Shown here piece after piece: positions 27,438 through 37,553 of a stretch of DNA of 64,000 bases. A program made the translations under genes and the position numbers. The DNA comes from an archaeon (GTDB lineage Archaea > Nanobdellota > Nanobdellia > Pacearchaeales > GW2011-AR1): positions 46,770-110,769 of the forward strand of contig DAHWKL010000001.1 in assembly GCA_027343665.1 (NCBI GenBank). The letters run 5' to 3'. Within the stretch, counting starts at the first letter, position 1; the number at the start of each line of letters is the position of its first letter. The notes beneath the pieces are model-generated. The model was not told where the DNA came from. It saw only the letters and a program-made list of their open reading frames with translations, and ran no database searches.

Positions 27438-27776
27438 TTATTTCTTCAATCCGGCGCTAACTTCTTTCCCATTGTTCAGATAACTGGGCATCAAGGAATT
27501 GTGACCGAATTGTATCATCATGTCAATTCCGAGCTTGTCCATCCCGACAGGATAATCGCATGCGCCGAAACAGCTTCCGAGATAAATAATGAACTCTGAG
27601 TTGGTTTTTTCAGCCAAATAATCAACTATTGCCGTTGCATACTGTTTCAAACCGTCAGGAAATTGCACTAAGACCCGTCTTGCTTCCTGTTTCTTTATAG
27701 ATTCTACAGCACCTTCTAAGTCTAGGGAATATTCTTCTTCAAGATCCTTAAGTGTCCTTTCTTTCGCATCTTTCAT
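27438..27776 (-). CDS. Dph2 (diphthamide synthesis radical-SAM enzyme) N-terminal domain only; truncated gene or remnant
   Basis: 112 aa. ARRVLVQFPDGLKQYA...YLGSCFGACDYPV...GIDMMIQFGHNSL matches the first roughly 100 aa of archaeal Dph2 (about 340 aa in full). The ORF then stops. Confidence 0.6.
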   Translation of the reverse strand: MKDAKERTLKDLEEEYSLDLEGAVESIKKQEARRVLVQFPDGLKQYATAIVDYLAEKTNSEFIIYLGSCFGACDYPVGMDKLGIDMMIQFGHNSLMPSYLNNGKEVSAGLKK

Positions 27777-27850
27777 AAAAATAAAATCTCTCTGGGTATT
27801 ATAAATTTAACTTCAGACAAATTTATATAATTATAAGCTCTCTTGAATGG

Positions 27851-28474
27851 ATGAAATTTTATTTATCTTCATACAAAATGGGGAATGAAGTGGAAAAGTT
27901 TAAAGCGTTAATGCCAAGATTAAATAAAAGATTGGGTTATGTTCCAGATGCACTTGATTTTTTAAGTGCAGATCCAAAAAGGAGAGAAGAGGGTATAATC
28001 AAAGAGAGGGGAGACCTGCAAAGTTTAGGGTTCAATGTTGAAAGATTACATCTCAAAGACTATTTTGGGAAGAAGAAAGATTTGGAAAGTAAGTTAAGCC
28101 AATTAGGCGGGGTTTTCGTCAGAGGAGGAAATACTTTTGTCCTCAGGGAAGCAATGAAACTCAGCGGTTTCGATAATGCAATAAAGAAGATGATTAAGAA
28201 GGATTTCCTTTATTCAGGATACAGTGCAGGAATTTGTGTCCTTGCCCCCAGTTTAGAAGGACTCGAAACAATGGATCACCCTGAAGATTCTCCTTACAAG
28301 GATATTCAAAAAACGATCTGGAAAGGTTTGGGAATTTTGGATTATATGATAGTACCTCATTACAAATCCGATCATCCAGAATCTGCAGATGCAGATAAAA
28401 CTATTGAATTGTATAAAAAGAAGAATATCAAATTCAAAACTCTCCGGGATGGCGAAGCGATAATTATAGAATGA
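27851..28474 (+). CDS. Peptidase S51 (dipeptidase E)-like / class I glutamine amidotransferase-like protein
   Basis: 207 aa with GGVFVRGGNTFVL and YSGYSAGICVLAP (nucleophile Ser elbow). Confidence 0.7.
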   Translation: MKFYLSSYKMGNEVEKFKALMPRLNKRLGYVPDALDFLSADPKRREEGIIKERGDLQSLGFNVERLHLKDYFGKKKDLESKLSQLGGVFVRGGNTFVLREAMKLSGFDNAIKKMIKKDFLYSGYSAGICVLAPSLEGLETMDHPEDSPYKDIQKTIWKGLGILDYMIVPHYKSDHPESADADKTIELYKKKNIKFKTLRDGEAIIIE

Positions 28475-28540
28475 GTTCTTAACTCTGGAAATCCATAAGA
28501 TTTTAAAAAAGAAATGGCTTTCAAGCTTTAAGAGGTGTTC

Positions 28541-31054
28541 ATGACCATTAATACGAACGATTATCAGAAAAAATTACCTAAAGATGTTCTTTTAGAGTTT
28601 AATACAGATGTTTCGAAAGGATTGAGCGAGAATGAGGTAAAAAAACGCGTTCTGAAGTACGGCACAAATGAGGTGAAAGAGAAGGAAGAAAGTTTTTTCC
28701 ACAGGATATTCAGAAGATTCTATGGACCGATACCTTTAATGATAGAGCTTGCAGCGATACTTTCGGCTTTTGTTGGGAAATGGGATGATTTCTTCATAAT
28801 TTTGTTTCTTCTTTTTACAACTGCAGGAATTGATATATGGCAGGAGAATAAAGCTCTGAGCGCACTTAAAGTTCTTAAAAATAAAATTGCAAAGAAATCG
28901 CTTGTGTTGAGAGACGGGAAATTTTCGGAGGTAGAATCAAAAGAATTGGTCCCTGGCGATGTTGTGAAGCTGAAAATTGGTGATATAATCCCTGCTGATG
29001 TCAAGATTTTTGAAACTGACGAACTCGAGATAGACCAGTCTGCCTTAACAGGAGAGTCTCTCCCGATCAATAAAAAAGAATCTGACATAGCTTATGGGAA
29101 CAGTATTGTGAAAAAAGGTGAAGCAATTGCAGTTGTCATAAACACAGGTATAGACACTTATTTCGGAAAGACCGTTTCACTTGTCGCTAGAGCTGACAGA
29201 GAAAGCAAAAGCCATCTTGAGAAAGCTGTAATAAAAATAGGAAAATATCTTATTTTCATAACTCTTTTCCTTGTAGCATTGATTTTCGCAGTTTCCCTCA
29301 TAAGAGGTGAGCCGTTTTTGGAGATACTACGTTTCGCCCTTATCCTGACGGTAGCTTCAATTCCTGTTGCGATGCCCGCGATACTTTCAATAACAATGGC
29401 CATAGGAGCACTGGCTTTATCAAGAAAACAGACAATTGTATCCAAGCTCTCTTCTATTGAAGAGCTTGCGGGGATGGACACTTTATGCTTTGATAAGACT
29501 GGAACATTGACCCAGAATAGGATGTCCCTATCCGACCTTGTGACATTCGGAAAATACAAGAAAGATGATCTCATGCTTTATGCTGCTCTCGCATCAAGCG
29601 AAGAAGAAAATGATCCCATCGAAACTCCAATATTTGAATATCTTAAAGAGAAAAAAATTTATGATGAATTAAAAAATTATGAGAAGCTCAAGTTCAAGCC
29701 TTTCAATCCTGTAGATAAAAGGACAGAAGCAATAGTAAAAAAAGGATCAGCAAAATTCTCAATCACAAAAGGAGCTGTTCCAGCAATACTCAAAATGTCA
29801 AGGACAGTTTATTCAAAAGAGATACAGGAAAAAGTCGATGAGTTCTCGGGGGAAGGGATGAGAACACTTGCAGTTGCTGTAAAGAAAGGGGCTGGAAAAT
29901 ATGATTTTGTAGGGATAATACCTCTTCTTGATCCGCCGAGGGAAGATTCAGCAGAGATAATAAAAGAAGCAAGAGGTTTGGGATTGGATCTTAAGATGCT
30001 TACAGGGGACAATCTCTCAATTGCCAAGTATATCTCCGGATTGGTTGGAATAGGAAAAAATATACTCAATGCATCAACTCTAAAAAAAGATGAAGTGCAA
30101 AATGTCCCGGGAAAAATTCAAAGTATGGAGATAAAAAGTCCTTCGGTGATAAAAGAAATTGTTGATGCCAATGGATATGCACAGGTTTATCCTGAAGACA
30201 AATATATGATTGTTGAGAGCCTTCAGAAATCCGGGCACATAGTCGGAATGACCGGAGATGGTGTTAATGATGCACCTGCTTTGAAAAAAGCGGACGGCGG
30301 AATCGCGGTTTCGGGCGCGACTGACGCCGCAAGAGCATCAGCTGATTTAATTTTGATGGATAAAGGACTTTCAGTCATAATCGATGCGATAAAGGAAGCA
30401 CGTAAAATATTTCTGAGAATGAAAAGCTATTCAACATACAGAATAGCTGAAACAATAAGACTCATTTTCTTCATAACAGCTTCCATATTGATTCTGGGTT
30501 TCTATCCAATAACAGCGATAATGGTCATACTTATACTTATCTTGAACGATTTACCTATAATGACAATAGCGTATGATAACACGGAGATAGAAGGGCGACC
30601 CGTCAAATGGAACATTAAAGAAGTCCTGACTGTATCAACTGCAATAGGCCTTACAGGAGTCATCGCAAGCTTCGGTTTTTTATATTTCTCCAAAAATATT
30701 TTTGGTTTGTCTATAATTATTATACAAACAATGATTTTCCTAAAGCTTGCAGTCGCCGGGCATTCAACAATATATGTTGCAAGAACGGACAAAAGATTCT
30801 GGCAAAAACCTTATCCATCTCCAATTCTCCTTATTGCAGGGGTAGGAACGGAAATACTTGCAACATTATTTGCTGTTTACGGATGGTTCATAGCCCCAAT
30901 AGGGTGGACTTACGCAGGTATAATTTGGATTTATGCAATGATATGGCTTTTCATAGATGATGAGGTGAAAATCCTGATTTACAAATATATAAACAGGAGA
31001 AGGACTAAAGAAAATTTAGACCGAGAAAAACTAAAACAGTCAAAAATAGAGTGA
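28541..31054 (+). CDS. P-type ATPase, P3A (plasma-membrane H+-ATPase-like)
   Basis: It has TGES, CFDKTGTLTQN, MLTGD and MTGDGVNDAPALKKADGGIAV, with 10 TM helices. I used the ATG at 28541, which has an AGAGGTG Shine-Dalgarno-like sequence just upstream. The track uses a GTG at 28535. Confidence 0.9.
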   Translation: MTINTNDYQKKLPKDVLLEFNTDVSKGLSENEVKKRVLKYGTNEVKEKEESFFHRIFRRFYGPIPLMIELAAILSAFVGKWDDFFIILFLLFTTAGIDIWQENKALSALKVLKNKIAKKSLVLRDGKFSEVESKELVPGDVVKLKIGDIIPADVKIFETDELEIDQSALTGESLPINKKESDIAYGNSIVKKGEAIAVVINTGIDTYFGKTVSLVARADRESKSHLEKAVIKIGKYLIFITLFLVALIFAVSLIRGEPFLEILRFALILTVASIPVAMPAILSITMAIGALALSRKQTIVSKLSSIEELAGMDTLCFDKTGTLTQNRMSLSDLVTFGKYKKDDLMLYAALASSEEENDPIETPIFEYLKEKKIYDELKNYEKLKFKPFNPVDKRTEAIVKKGSAKFSITKGAVPAILKMSRTVYSKEIQEKVDEFSGEGMRTLAVAVKKGAGKYDFVGIIPLLDPPREDSAEIIKEARGLGLDLKMLTGDNLSIAKYISGLVGIGKNILNASTLKKDEVQNVPGKIQSMEIKSPSVIKEIVDANGYAQVYPEDKYMIVESLQKSGHIVGMTGDGVNDAPALKKADGGIAVSGATDAARASADLILMDKGLSVIIDAIKEARKIFLRMKSYSTYRIAETIRLIFFITASILILGFYPITAIMVILILILNDLPIMTIAYDNTEIEGRPVKWNIKEVLTVSTAIGLTGVIASFGFLYFSKNIFGLSIIIIQTMIFLKLAVAGHSTIYVARTDKRFWQKPYPSPILLIAGVGTEILATLFAVYGWFIAPIGWTYAGIIWIYAMIWLFIDDEVKILIYKYINRRRTKENLDREKLKQSKIE

Positions 31055-31069
31055 TCGATCCGGGATTAT

Positions 31070-31450
31070 TTAATTATTACTAAACCTATATTTTCTCATG
31101 GGTGCCGGAAGCCCGACCAATTTTGTGAGATCATTTATATGATCACTCAATGGTTCAAACTCAGTGGTTATATGAATCTGTTCATCATTCTCATTGAAGC
31201 TCAGATTATCTCCATTTACGAAAAAATAACAGCTGGAGGGATCAATTTTCTCAAAGTAGGTCAACCGTGACCCAATCTCACGTATTGCTCTGCTTGCATT
31301 TTTGAATTGCTCTCGGGTTATTCTTTGGTAATAATCAAAAGAAGGATCTAAATCTTTTTTTGTTCCGTCAAAAACATAATATAATATCTCATAAGCATCA
31401 TTGCCTTTATATTCTTCATCAGGAAATTTTCCCATAAAAATCATCTGCAC
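31070..31450 (-). CDS. Hypothetical protein
   Basis: 126-aa ORF with no family call. Confidence 0.4.
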   Translation of the reverse strand: MQMIFMGKFPDEEYKGNDAYEILYYVFDGTKKDLDPSFDYYQRITREQFKNASRAIREIGSRLTYFEKIDPSSCYFFVNGDNLSFNENDEQIHITTEFEPLSDHINDLTKLVGLPAPMRKYRFSNN

Positions 31451-31485
31451 TTAATATTTAAAAAGATTATTACAATTTATGATTC

Positions 31486-33231
31486 ATGGAAACTCAAACA
31501 AAAATAAGGCAACCCATAGTTACAGTAGCGGGGCATGTAGACCATGGTAAGACTTCAATACTCGATGCACTCAGAAGCTCATTTGTCCAGGAAGGTGAGG
31601 CGGGGGGGATAACACAAAAAATATCTTTCACATCTTTTCCGGCAGAGAATCTTAAGAAAGCCTGTCCTTTAATTGAAAAGTCCGGGATAAATCTGAGGAT
31701 TCCTGGATTTTTACTCATTGATACACCTGGTCACGCTGCGTTCTCGAACTTAAGGAAAAGAGGCGGATCACTTGCTGATCTTGCGGTCTTGGTAATAGAT
31801 ATAAATGAAGGGATAAAACCTCAGACAGCCGAAGTCATACAAATACTGAAAATGAACAAGACCCCTTTTGTGATCGCGATGAACAAAATAGACAAGATTA
31901 CTGGGTGGAGGAAAATGAGTGATGACTTAAGAGAATCAGTAGAAAGCCAGGGAGAAAGGGTAAAAGAAAATTTTCTTGAGAAATATTATACATTACAAGG
32001 TGCACTCCAATCTTATGGATTTGAAACGGATTTGTTTTATAATATAACTGACTTCACAAGAAGCATAGCAATAGTGCCTTGCTCAGCTTATACAAAAGAA
32101 GGTATTCCTGAGCTGATCTTCATGTTGGCCGGACTCTCTGAAAGATTTCTCTCGAAAAAACTCGAACTTCATGACGATCCAAAAGGCGTGACTCTTGAAG
32201 TGAAAAAGGACAAGGCTATATCCGCTATCGAGGCCATATTGTATGACGGAAATTTGAAAAGGACAGATGAGATAGCTGTCGCCTCACTTTCAGGGGATCC
32301 AATTGTGACAAAAATAAGGATACTTGAGGAGATAAAACCGATTTCAGACAAATTTGAAGTCGTTGAAGAAGCAAAAGCTTCGACAGGGATAAGGATGCAG
32401 CTGACTGATAAGACAGAGATACTTCCCGGAATGCCTTTTGTGAGATTCAAGAATAACCTTGAGGACATAAGAAAAGAATTCAAAAAAGAGATAAGCGATG
32501 CTATAAAAACAGAAAGCCACGGAATAATCGCCAAAGCAGATTCTTTAGGGAGCCTTGAAGCTTTAATGGTGCTATTGAAGCAAAGCAATATCTCAATTGT
32601 TCGCGCAGGCATAGGTGATATAAACAAAGCTGATGTGATAAATGCGAAAGCGAACGTCGATATAAACGAACTTGATGCTGTGATTGTGGGTTTCAATGTC
32701 GGAATCTCGGAAGAAGCGAGGGAATTTTTGGGGAAGATGAAAGTCATATGTGGAGATGTCGTCTACAAGATAATAGAAGATCTCGTTGCCTGGAGGAAAA
32801 AGACACAAATCGAAATAGAAAAAAAGAGGCTTATGGGACTTTCGACTATATGCAAGATAGAGCTTTTGCCCCAGTATGTTTTCAGAAATACAAAGCCGGC
32901 GATTTTCGGGGTCCGTGTCGCTGGAGGGAAACTGATTAGAGGACTTTCAATGATAGATGAAAACGATGAGAAAATTGGCGAAATAAAAAACATCCAAGCA
33001 GACAAGAATTCAGTGGAAGAGTCACATGAAAGCGACGAAGTCGCAATATCAATATCAAATGTAAACTATGAAAGACAACTTAAGGGGAAAAAATTCCTTT
33101 ATTCGAATTTAGGTGAGTCTCAATTCAAAAAGTTCAAAGAGAATAAAGACTTACTGACAGGAAATGAGATAAATGTTCTTAGAGAAATCGCGGAACTTAA
33201 GAGAAAAACAAATCCCAAGTGGGGAGTTTGA
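31486..33231 (+). CDS. infB: Translation initiation factor aIF5B (IF-2 homolog)
   Basis: 581 aa with the GTPase motifs AGHVDHGKTSILD, DTPGH and NKID, followed by domains II-IV. Confidence 0.95.
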   Translation: METQTKIRQPIVTVAGHVDHGKTSILDALRSSFVQEGEAGGITQKISFTSFPAENLKKACPLIEKSGINLRIPGFLLIDTPGHAAFSNLRKRGGSLADLAVLVIDINEGIKPQTAEVIQILKMNKTPFVIAMNKIDKITGWRKMSDDLRESVESQGERVKENFLEKYYTLQGALQSYGFETDLFYNITDFTRSIAIVPCSAYTKEGIPELIFMLAGLSERFLSKKLELHDDPKGVTLEVKKDKAISAIEAILYDGNLKRTDEIAVASLSGDPIVTKIRILEEIKPISDKFEVVEEAKASTGIRMQLTDKTEILPGMPFVRFKNNLEDIRKEFKKEISDAIKTESHGIIAKADSLGSLEALMVLLKQSNISIVRAGIGDINKADVINAKANVDINELDAVIVGFNVGISEEAREFLGKMKVICGDVVYKIIEDLVAWRKKTQIEIEKKRLMGLSTICKIELLPQYVFRNTKPAIFGVRVAGGKLIRGLSMIDENDEKIGEIKNIQADKNSVEESHESDEVAISISNVNYERQLKGKKFLYSNLGESQFKKFKENKDLLTGNEINVLREIAELKRKTNPKWGV

Positions 33232-33233
33232 AA

Positions 33234-33584
33234 TTATTTCCCAAATTTGTTCTTCCATCCTTCGACTTGGATTTTCAATAAAGCTTTCTCAAGAGTCTCT
33301 TTATCAATTCTCTGTGTTTCAGGTGTAGAAATGTCAACTCTTAAAGGATCATACTCAGGATCATCCATATGAAATAAGAAGCCCCTACTTTTTTGTATTC
33401 CCCCTTTCCAAACCTCAGACATATCAAGATTAGCTAAAGGTCCGTCCAGATACGGGCGATTGGTAATTATATATGGTTTATTTCCATCATGTATATTAAC
33501 AAAAACTTTTCCAGAAATTCCCCCTTCAAAGAGATAATCATTCAGCTTTTTCCCATCAGGATCATAATTTAATTTCATTGGCAT
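33234..33584 (-). CDS. Hypothetical protein
   Basis: 116-aa ORF with no family call. Confidence 0.4.
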   Translation of the reverse strand: MPMKLNYDPDGKKLNDYLFEGGISGKVFVNIHDGNKPYIITNRPYLDGPLANLDMSEVWKGGIQKSRGFLFHMDDPEYDPLRVDISTPETQRIDKETLEKALLKIQVEGWKNKFGK

Positions 33585-33629
33585 GTATTAACACTACTCT
33601 TATGATTTAAAAATATTTATATAATAAAA

Positions 33630-33866
33630 TCAGTGTACCATTCCTGACAAAGCGCTTCCGAGATAATATGCCCAAATCAGTATTGCAAGAACTGCCTTCC
33701 AAAATGAGAGTTTAAGAAAACCTATTGTAAATAGCCAGCCTGCTGCCCAGAAACCGGCGAAAGTCACTTTCACTGTATTGCCGCTTTTCCCGTTCTTTAC
33801 CATTTTGAATTGAGGACTTTGAAATTTATATATCTTTGTTGTACGCACATCAATTTGTCCCGACAC
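33630..33866 (-). CDS. Small membrane protein
   Basis: 78 aa with two hydrophobic helices in the C-terminal half. Confidence 0.4.
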   Translation of the reverse strand: MSGQIDVRTTKIYKFQSPQFKMVKNGKSGNTVKVTFAGFWAAGWLFTIGFLKLSFWKAVLAILIWAYYLGSALSGMVH

Positions 33867-33912
33867 CCATTTGAAAAAGTCAAAATATTAATTAAAGAAA
33901 ACTCTGAATAAT

Positions 33913-34803
33913 TTACTTTATACTCTTCATCCTTCTTTCCTGAAGAGCTTTTTTCCTTTTCTGCCTTTTGTAAAACCAATACCCAAGGAGAATAACAACA
34001 ACGGCAACAACAATCCAAGTCACAGCAGAGCCGGAATTCGAGCTTGAAGTTGTACTCTGGAAGAATTTTGAATCATAATTAACTGTTTCATTAACACTTC
34101 TTCTCACACCGGCAAGATCTGTATAAGAAAGCGTGAGGTTCAATTCCCCGGTAACAGGAATAGCAGAGAAGTCAGCAGTAGTATATTCATTTGATCCAAG
34201 ATCACCGATTATATTAACATTAGAACCTTTCATTTGTATATTCGGCTGTTCTGGAATCTGAAGAGTCACGGCCTTGGCATCAACATTAGCTGTGTTAAGC
34301 ACTTCTAAAGTAAGATCGTTTGTCAACGGATCATAATTTTGGACGTAAACCTCAAAGCTTGCTCTTGAATTCTGAATCGAAACATTAAATACTTGAGACA
34401 AGAATCCTTCGGCTGAGGGTGCTCCCGAACCGGGAGAGTAATAAGCAGTAACTAAAGCTTCTCCGTCCGGAGCAGCTCCATTGACAGTAAGCGTATAAGG
34501 TATAGCCCAATTGTTATTGTAATTTTGCGTATAAGTGCTTCCTTGCAAGGTCCTTACACTATTGTTTTGTGTAAGTGAAAAAGCATACCCTGGATCAAGC
34601 CTGAAATAAGCTCCATTGCAATCCGGATTCGATATCCCATTAACCTGGAACAAAAGCTTCACAGTGTCACCCTGAACTGCAGGATAAGGATCCTGATTAA
34701 CAAGAGATACTTGGAGGTTGCATGGATTTGCGGTTGCAAAAACTCCCCCAATGCTCAAGGCAAAAACAGCCATGGCGAATAAAAATATGACACTTCTTTT
34801 CAT
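33913..34803 (-). CDS. Secreted cell-surface protein with C-terminal TM anchor
   Basis: I chose the start at MKRSVIFLFAMAVFALSIGG, a signal peptide. The body is beta-rich and Asn/Thr-rich. The C-terminus has the TM segment WIVVAVVVILLGYWF followed by KRQKRKK. Confidence 0.6.
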   Translation of the reverse strand: MKRSVIFLFAMAVFALSIGGVFATANPCNLQVSLVNQDPYPAVQGDTVKLLFQVNGISNPDCNGAYFRLDPGYAFSLTQNNSVRTLQGSTYTQNYNNNWAIPYTLTVNGAAPDGEALVTAYYSPGSGAPSAEGFLSQVFNVSIQNSRASFEVYVQNYDPLTNDLTLEVLNTANVDAKAVTLQIPEQPNIQMKGSNVNIIGDLGSNEYTTADFSAIPVTGELNLTLSYTDLAGVRRSVNETVNYDSKFFQSTTSSSNSGSAVTWIVVAVVVILLGYWFYKRQKRKKALQERRMKSIK

Positions 34804-34879
34804 ATGAAAGTAAACCAAATTTTGTTTTTAAATGTTTCTCATCTAAAAAGTTTATAAATCAAAATAATCTGGCTTTTTT

Positions 34880-35734
34880 ATGGAAAAACTAATCTTGAAA
34901 GCACAGAAAAATGAAGCTACTGAAAAAGCTATTTATGCCGGGCTTGCAGAAAAGACGAAAGACCACAGGAATAAAAAAATTTTGAAAAGGCTCTCTGATG
35001 ATGAATCCAGGCATTACGATTATTTTAAAAAAATATCCGGGGAAGAAGTAAGATCAAACAAGATAAAAGTATTTTGGTATATTTTCTTAGCAAAACTCCT
35101 TGGTTTGAGTTTCTCGCTAAAGTTTATGGAAAGAGGGGAGATACTTGCTATTGAAGCTTATGAAAAATTAAAAAAGAATTACAAAATAGGATCCATTATA
35201 AAAGATGAGCAGACACATGAAAAAGCTGTTCTTGATATGATAAAGGAAGAAAGAATAGAATATGCAGGAAGTGTGGTCCTTGGCCTTAATGATGCGCTTG
35301 TCGAACTTACCGGCGGTCTCGCAGGTCTTACACTAGCATTGCAAAATAATAAAATAATTGCAGTTTCAGGTTTCATAATTGGTGTTGCGGCCGCGTTATC
35401 CATGGCAGCTTCTGGATATTTTGCATCTAAAGAAGAAGGCTCCGAAGAGAAAAATCCTGTGAAAGCATCAGTTTATACGGGTGTTGCTTATCTTATCACA
35501 GTTCTCGTACTTATCCTGCCTTACATTATTTTACAAAGCGTTTTTGTCGCTTTAATAGTTACAGTTATCCTTGCAATCATTATAATCGCAGGTTATACTT
35601 TTTATATCACTACTGCAAAGAACCAAAAGTTCTTGGCAAGATTTGCAGAGATGGCAGCTATATCAATAATCGTTGCGATAATAAGCTTCGGAGTTGGATT
35701 CTTAATGAAACATTTCTTCGGCATTAGTGCTTAA
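34880..35734 (+). CDS. Ferritin-like (rubrerythrin-type) domain fused to VIT1/CCC1 iron transporter domain
   Basis: 284 aa. The N-terminus has ExxH pairs (DESRHY, DEQTHE). GLNDALVELTGGLAG and the C-terminal TM helices are typical of VIT1. Confidence 0.75.
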   Translation: MEKLILKAQKNEATEKAIYAGLAEKTKDHRNKKILKRLSDDESRHYDYFKKISGEEVRSNKIKVFWYIFLAKLLGLSFSLKFMERGEILAIEAYEKLKKNYKIGSIIKDEQTHEKAVLDMIKEERIEYAGSVVLGLNDALVELTGGLAGLTLALQNNKIIAVSGFIIGVAAALSMAASGYFASKEEGSEEKNPVKASVYTGVAYLITVLVLILPYIILQSVFVALIVTVILAIIIIAGYTFYITTAKNQKFLARFAEMAAISIIVAIISFGVGFLMKHFFGISA

Positions 35735-35745
35735 AATTCCTTAAT

Positions 35746-36951
35746 TTATTCATATCTCAGTGAATCTACGGGATTTATCTTGGATGCTTTTATTGCCGGG
35801 ATAACCCCAGATATCGCACCTGTCACAACAGCAAAAAGTATGCAACCCAAGAAAAGCCATGGTGTGTAATAAGGCGCAAGGAAAGACCATCCAAGACCTG
35901 AAAGAATATTTTTAGCCAACTGTGTCGCTCCAAAACCCAAAAGAACTCCAAGAGCTCCAGCTACAAATCCCAAGAAGGCTGATTCAAAAAGGAAAATTCC
36001 GAATATCTCAGGGTTTCTTGCACCTATAGATTTCAGGACGCCTATCTCTTTGTATCTTTCAAGAACAGAAGTTATCATTGTGTTTGCTGTGTTAATCCCA
36101 GAAACAAGAACGGAAATAAGAGCTATAAGAACAACAAAACCTATGATTATATTTAGAGCTGAGGTGTAAGAATCCAAAATACTCTGGAAAGATTCAACAT
36201 AAAAATCTTCTTCACCTTTTGTTTCATTTCTTTCATTCCTTAGATTTCTTTGTATATTTGATATCACCTGATCGATGTTTTTCGTATCAATCTTTGCAAC
36301 AATCTCCGTATAAGATTTTTTGTCAGGATACATTGTCTTGAAATAATTATTTGTCATATAAATATTGGAATCATCCCCGGGATTTCCTATCGGAGCCAAA
36401 AATCCGGCAACCTTCAAAAGTGTTCCGTTTATTTTTATCTGGTCATTCACGTTAAGTCCTTTAGTGAAAATCTTTCCGGCAATTTCATAATTGTATCCCA
36501 GAACAACACTTCTTGTGTCTCCGGGCTCAAGAAATCTTCCTTTGTCAATTTCTGCATTGAAAGTATCCAGTATAAGGGAATTTGACGGATCGTAACCTAT
36601 CAAGTATGCATATTTCTGTTCATCACCCTTGCTAATCTGAACGACATTCGTGTAAACTCCAGACACCTGAAGAACACCTGCCGAACTTCTTATTGCATTA
36701 AGGTCGGTGTCATTCAAAACAATTGAACTTGACCCTGTGGCACCTGCGAGGCCTTTAGCCATTACTATAACTTTGTCTGCCGAACCGCTTCCTGCAAGCT
36801 GCTGCGTGTAATTGTAAAGTCCCAATCCAAAACTTATGAATATGAAAATTGTTGCTATTCCGACGAGGATCGAAAATACTGTAAGAAAGCTCCTCCCTTT
36901 CTGATGCTTCAGATTCCTTAACGAATAGCGAATTGTTTCGGTGTTTATCAT
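35746..36951 (-). CDS. ABC transporter permease, FtsX/MacB type (copy 2)
   Basis: 401 aa. An N-terminal TM and a large periplasmic-type domain are followed by the FtsX module (VLERYKEIGVLKSIGA). Confidence 0.85.
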   Translation of the reverse strand: MINTETIRYSLRNLKHQKGRSFLTVFSILVGIATIFIFISFGLGLYNYTQQLAGSGSADKVIVMAKGLAGATGSSSIVLNDTDLNAIRSSAGVLQVSGVYTNVVQISKGDEQKYAYLIGYDPSNSLILDTFNAEIDKGRFLEPGDTRSVVLGYNYEIAGKIFTKGLNVNDQIKINGTLLKVAGFLAPIGNPGDDSNIYMTNNYFKTMYPDKKSYTEIVAKIDTKNIDQVISNIQRNLRNERNETKGEEDFYVESFQSILDSYTSALNIIIGFVVLIALISVLVSGINTANTMITSVLERYKEIGVLKSIGARNPEIFGIFLFESAFLGFVAGALGVLLGFGATQLAKNILSGLGWSFLAPYYTPWLFLGCILFAVVTGAISGVIPAIKASKINPVDSLRYE

Positions 36952-37553
36952 TTCAACTTCACCCCTAGCTTAATTAAATCTTTTTTCAACTGTAACGCAT
37001 CTATGAAAAGAATAGCTTTTATCCCCATTTTTTTAGGTGTTTCGAGATTCAACGGAAAATCATCTATGAATATTATCTCTTCAGGTTTTAGTTTAGTCCT
37101 TTTTAAGAGTACCTTATAAAATTTTTTCAGAGGTTTCCTAGTCTTCAGTTCAAAAGATTTAAGATTAATGTCAAACATGGAATAAACATTCATTTTTCTT
37201 CTGACAATCTCATGAGAATAATTAACATCTGTAAGGCTTACAAGAGTATATTTGTTTTTTTTAAGTTTAGCTATTATCTTTTCCACATCTCTATTTACTT
37301 CGAAATATTTGTCTTTAAGATCCATCCAGAGATTTATCAGCTGATTAGGATTCAGATCTAGCCTTTTTGCAATTTTCTTCTCAAGCCAGAAGTCTTCCTC
37401 TTTTCTTGAAATAGCCCGATTCAAATATTTTAAAATAATCTCCCTTGCCTTGTCATTTCTTCTTCCCAGCTTCTTCCAAAGTTCCGCTTCTATCTCTCCG
37501 TTCTTTTCCTTGAGAAGGACTTCACCTATATCAAAAACAACAGCTTTGATCAT
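36948..37553 (-). CDS. HAD-superfamily hydrolase (FDxGxV subtype)
   Basis: 201 aa with VVFDIGEVLL and IFIDDFPLN. It has 4-nt overlaps on both sides. Confidence 0.65.
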   Translation of the reverse strand: MIKAVVFDIGEVLLKEKNGEIEAELWKKLGRRNDKAREIILKYLNRAISRKEEDFWLEKKIAKRLDLNPNQLINLWMDLKDKYFEVNRDVEKIIAKLKKNKYTLVSLTDVNYSHEIVRRKMNVYSMFDINLKSFELKTRKPLKKFYKVLLKRTKLKPEEIIFIDDFPLNLETPKKMGIKAILFIDALQLKKDLIKLGVKLK

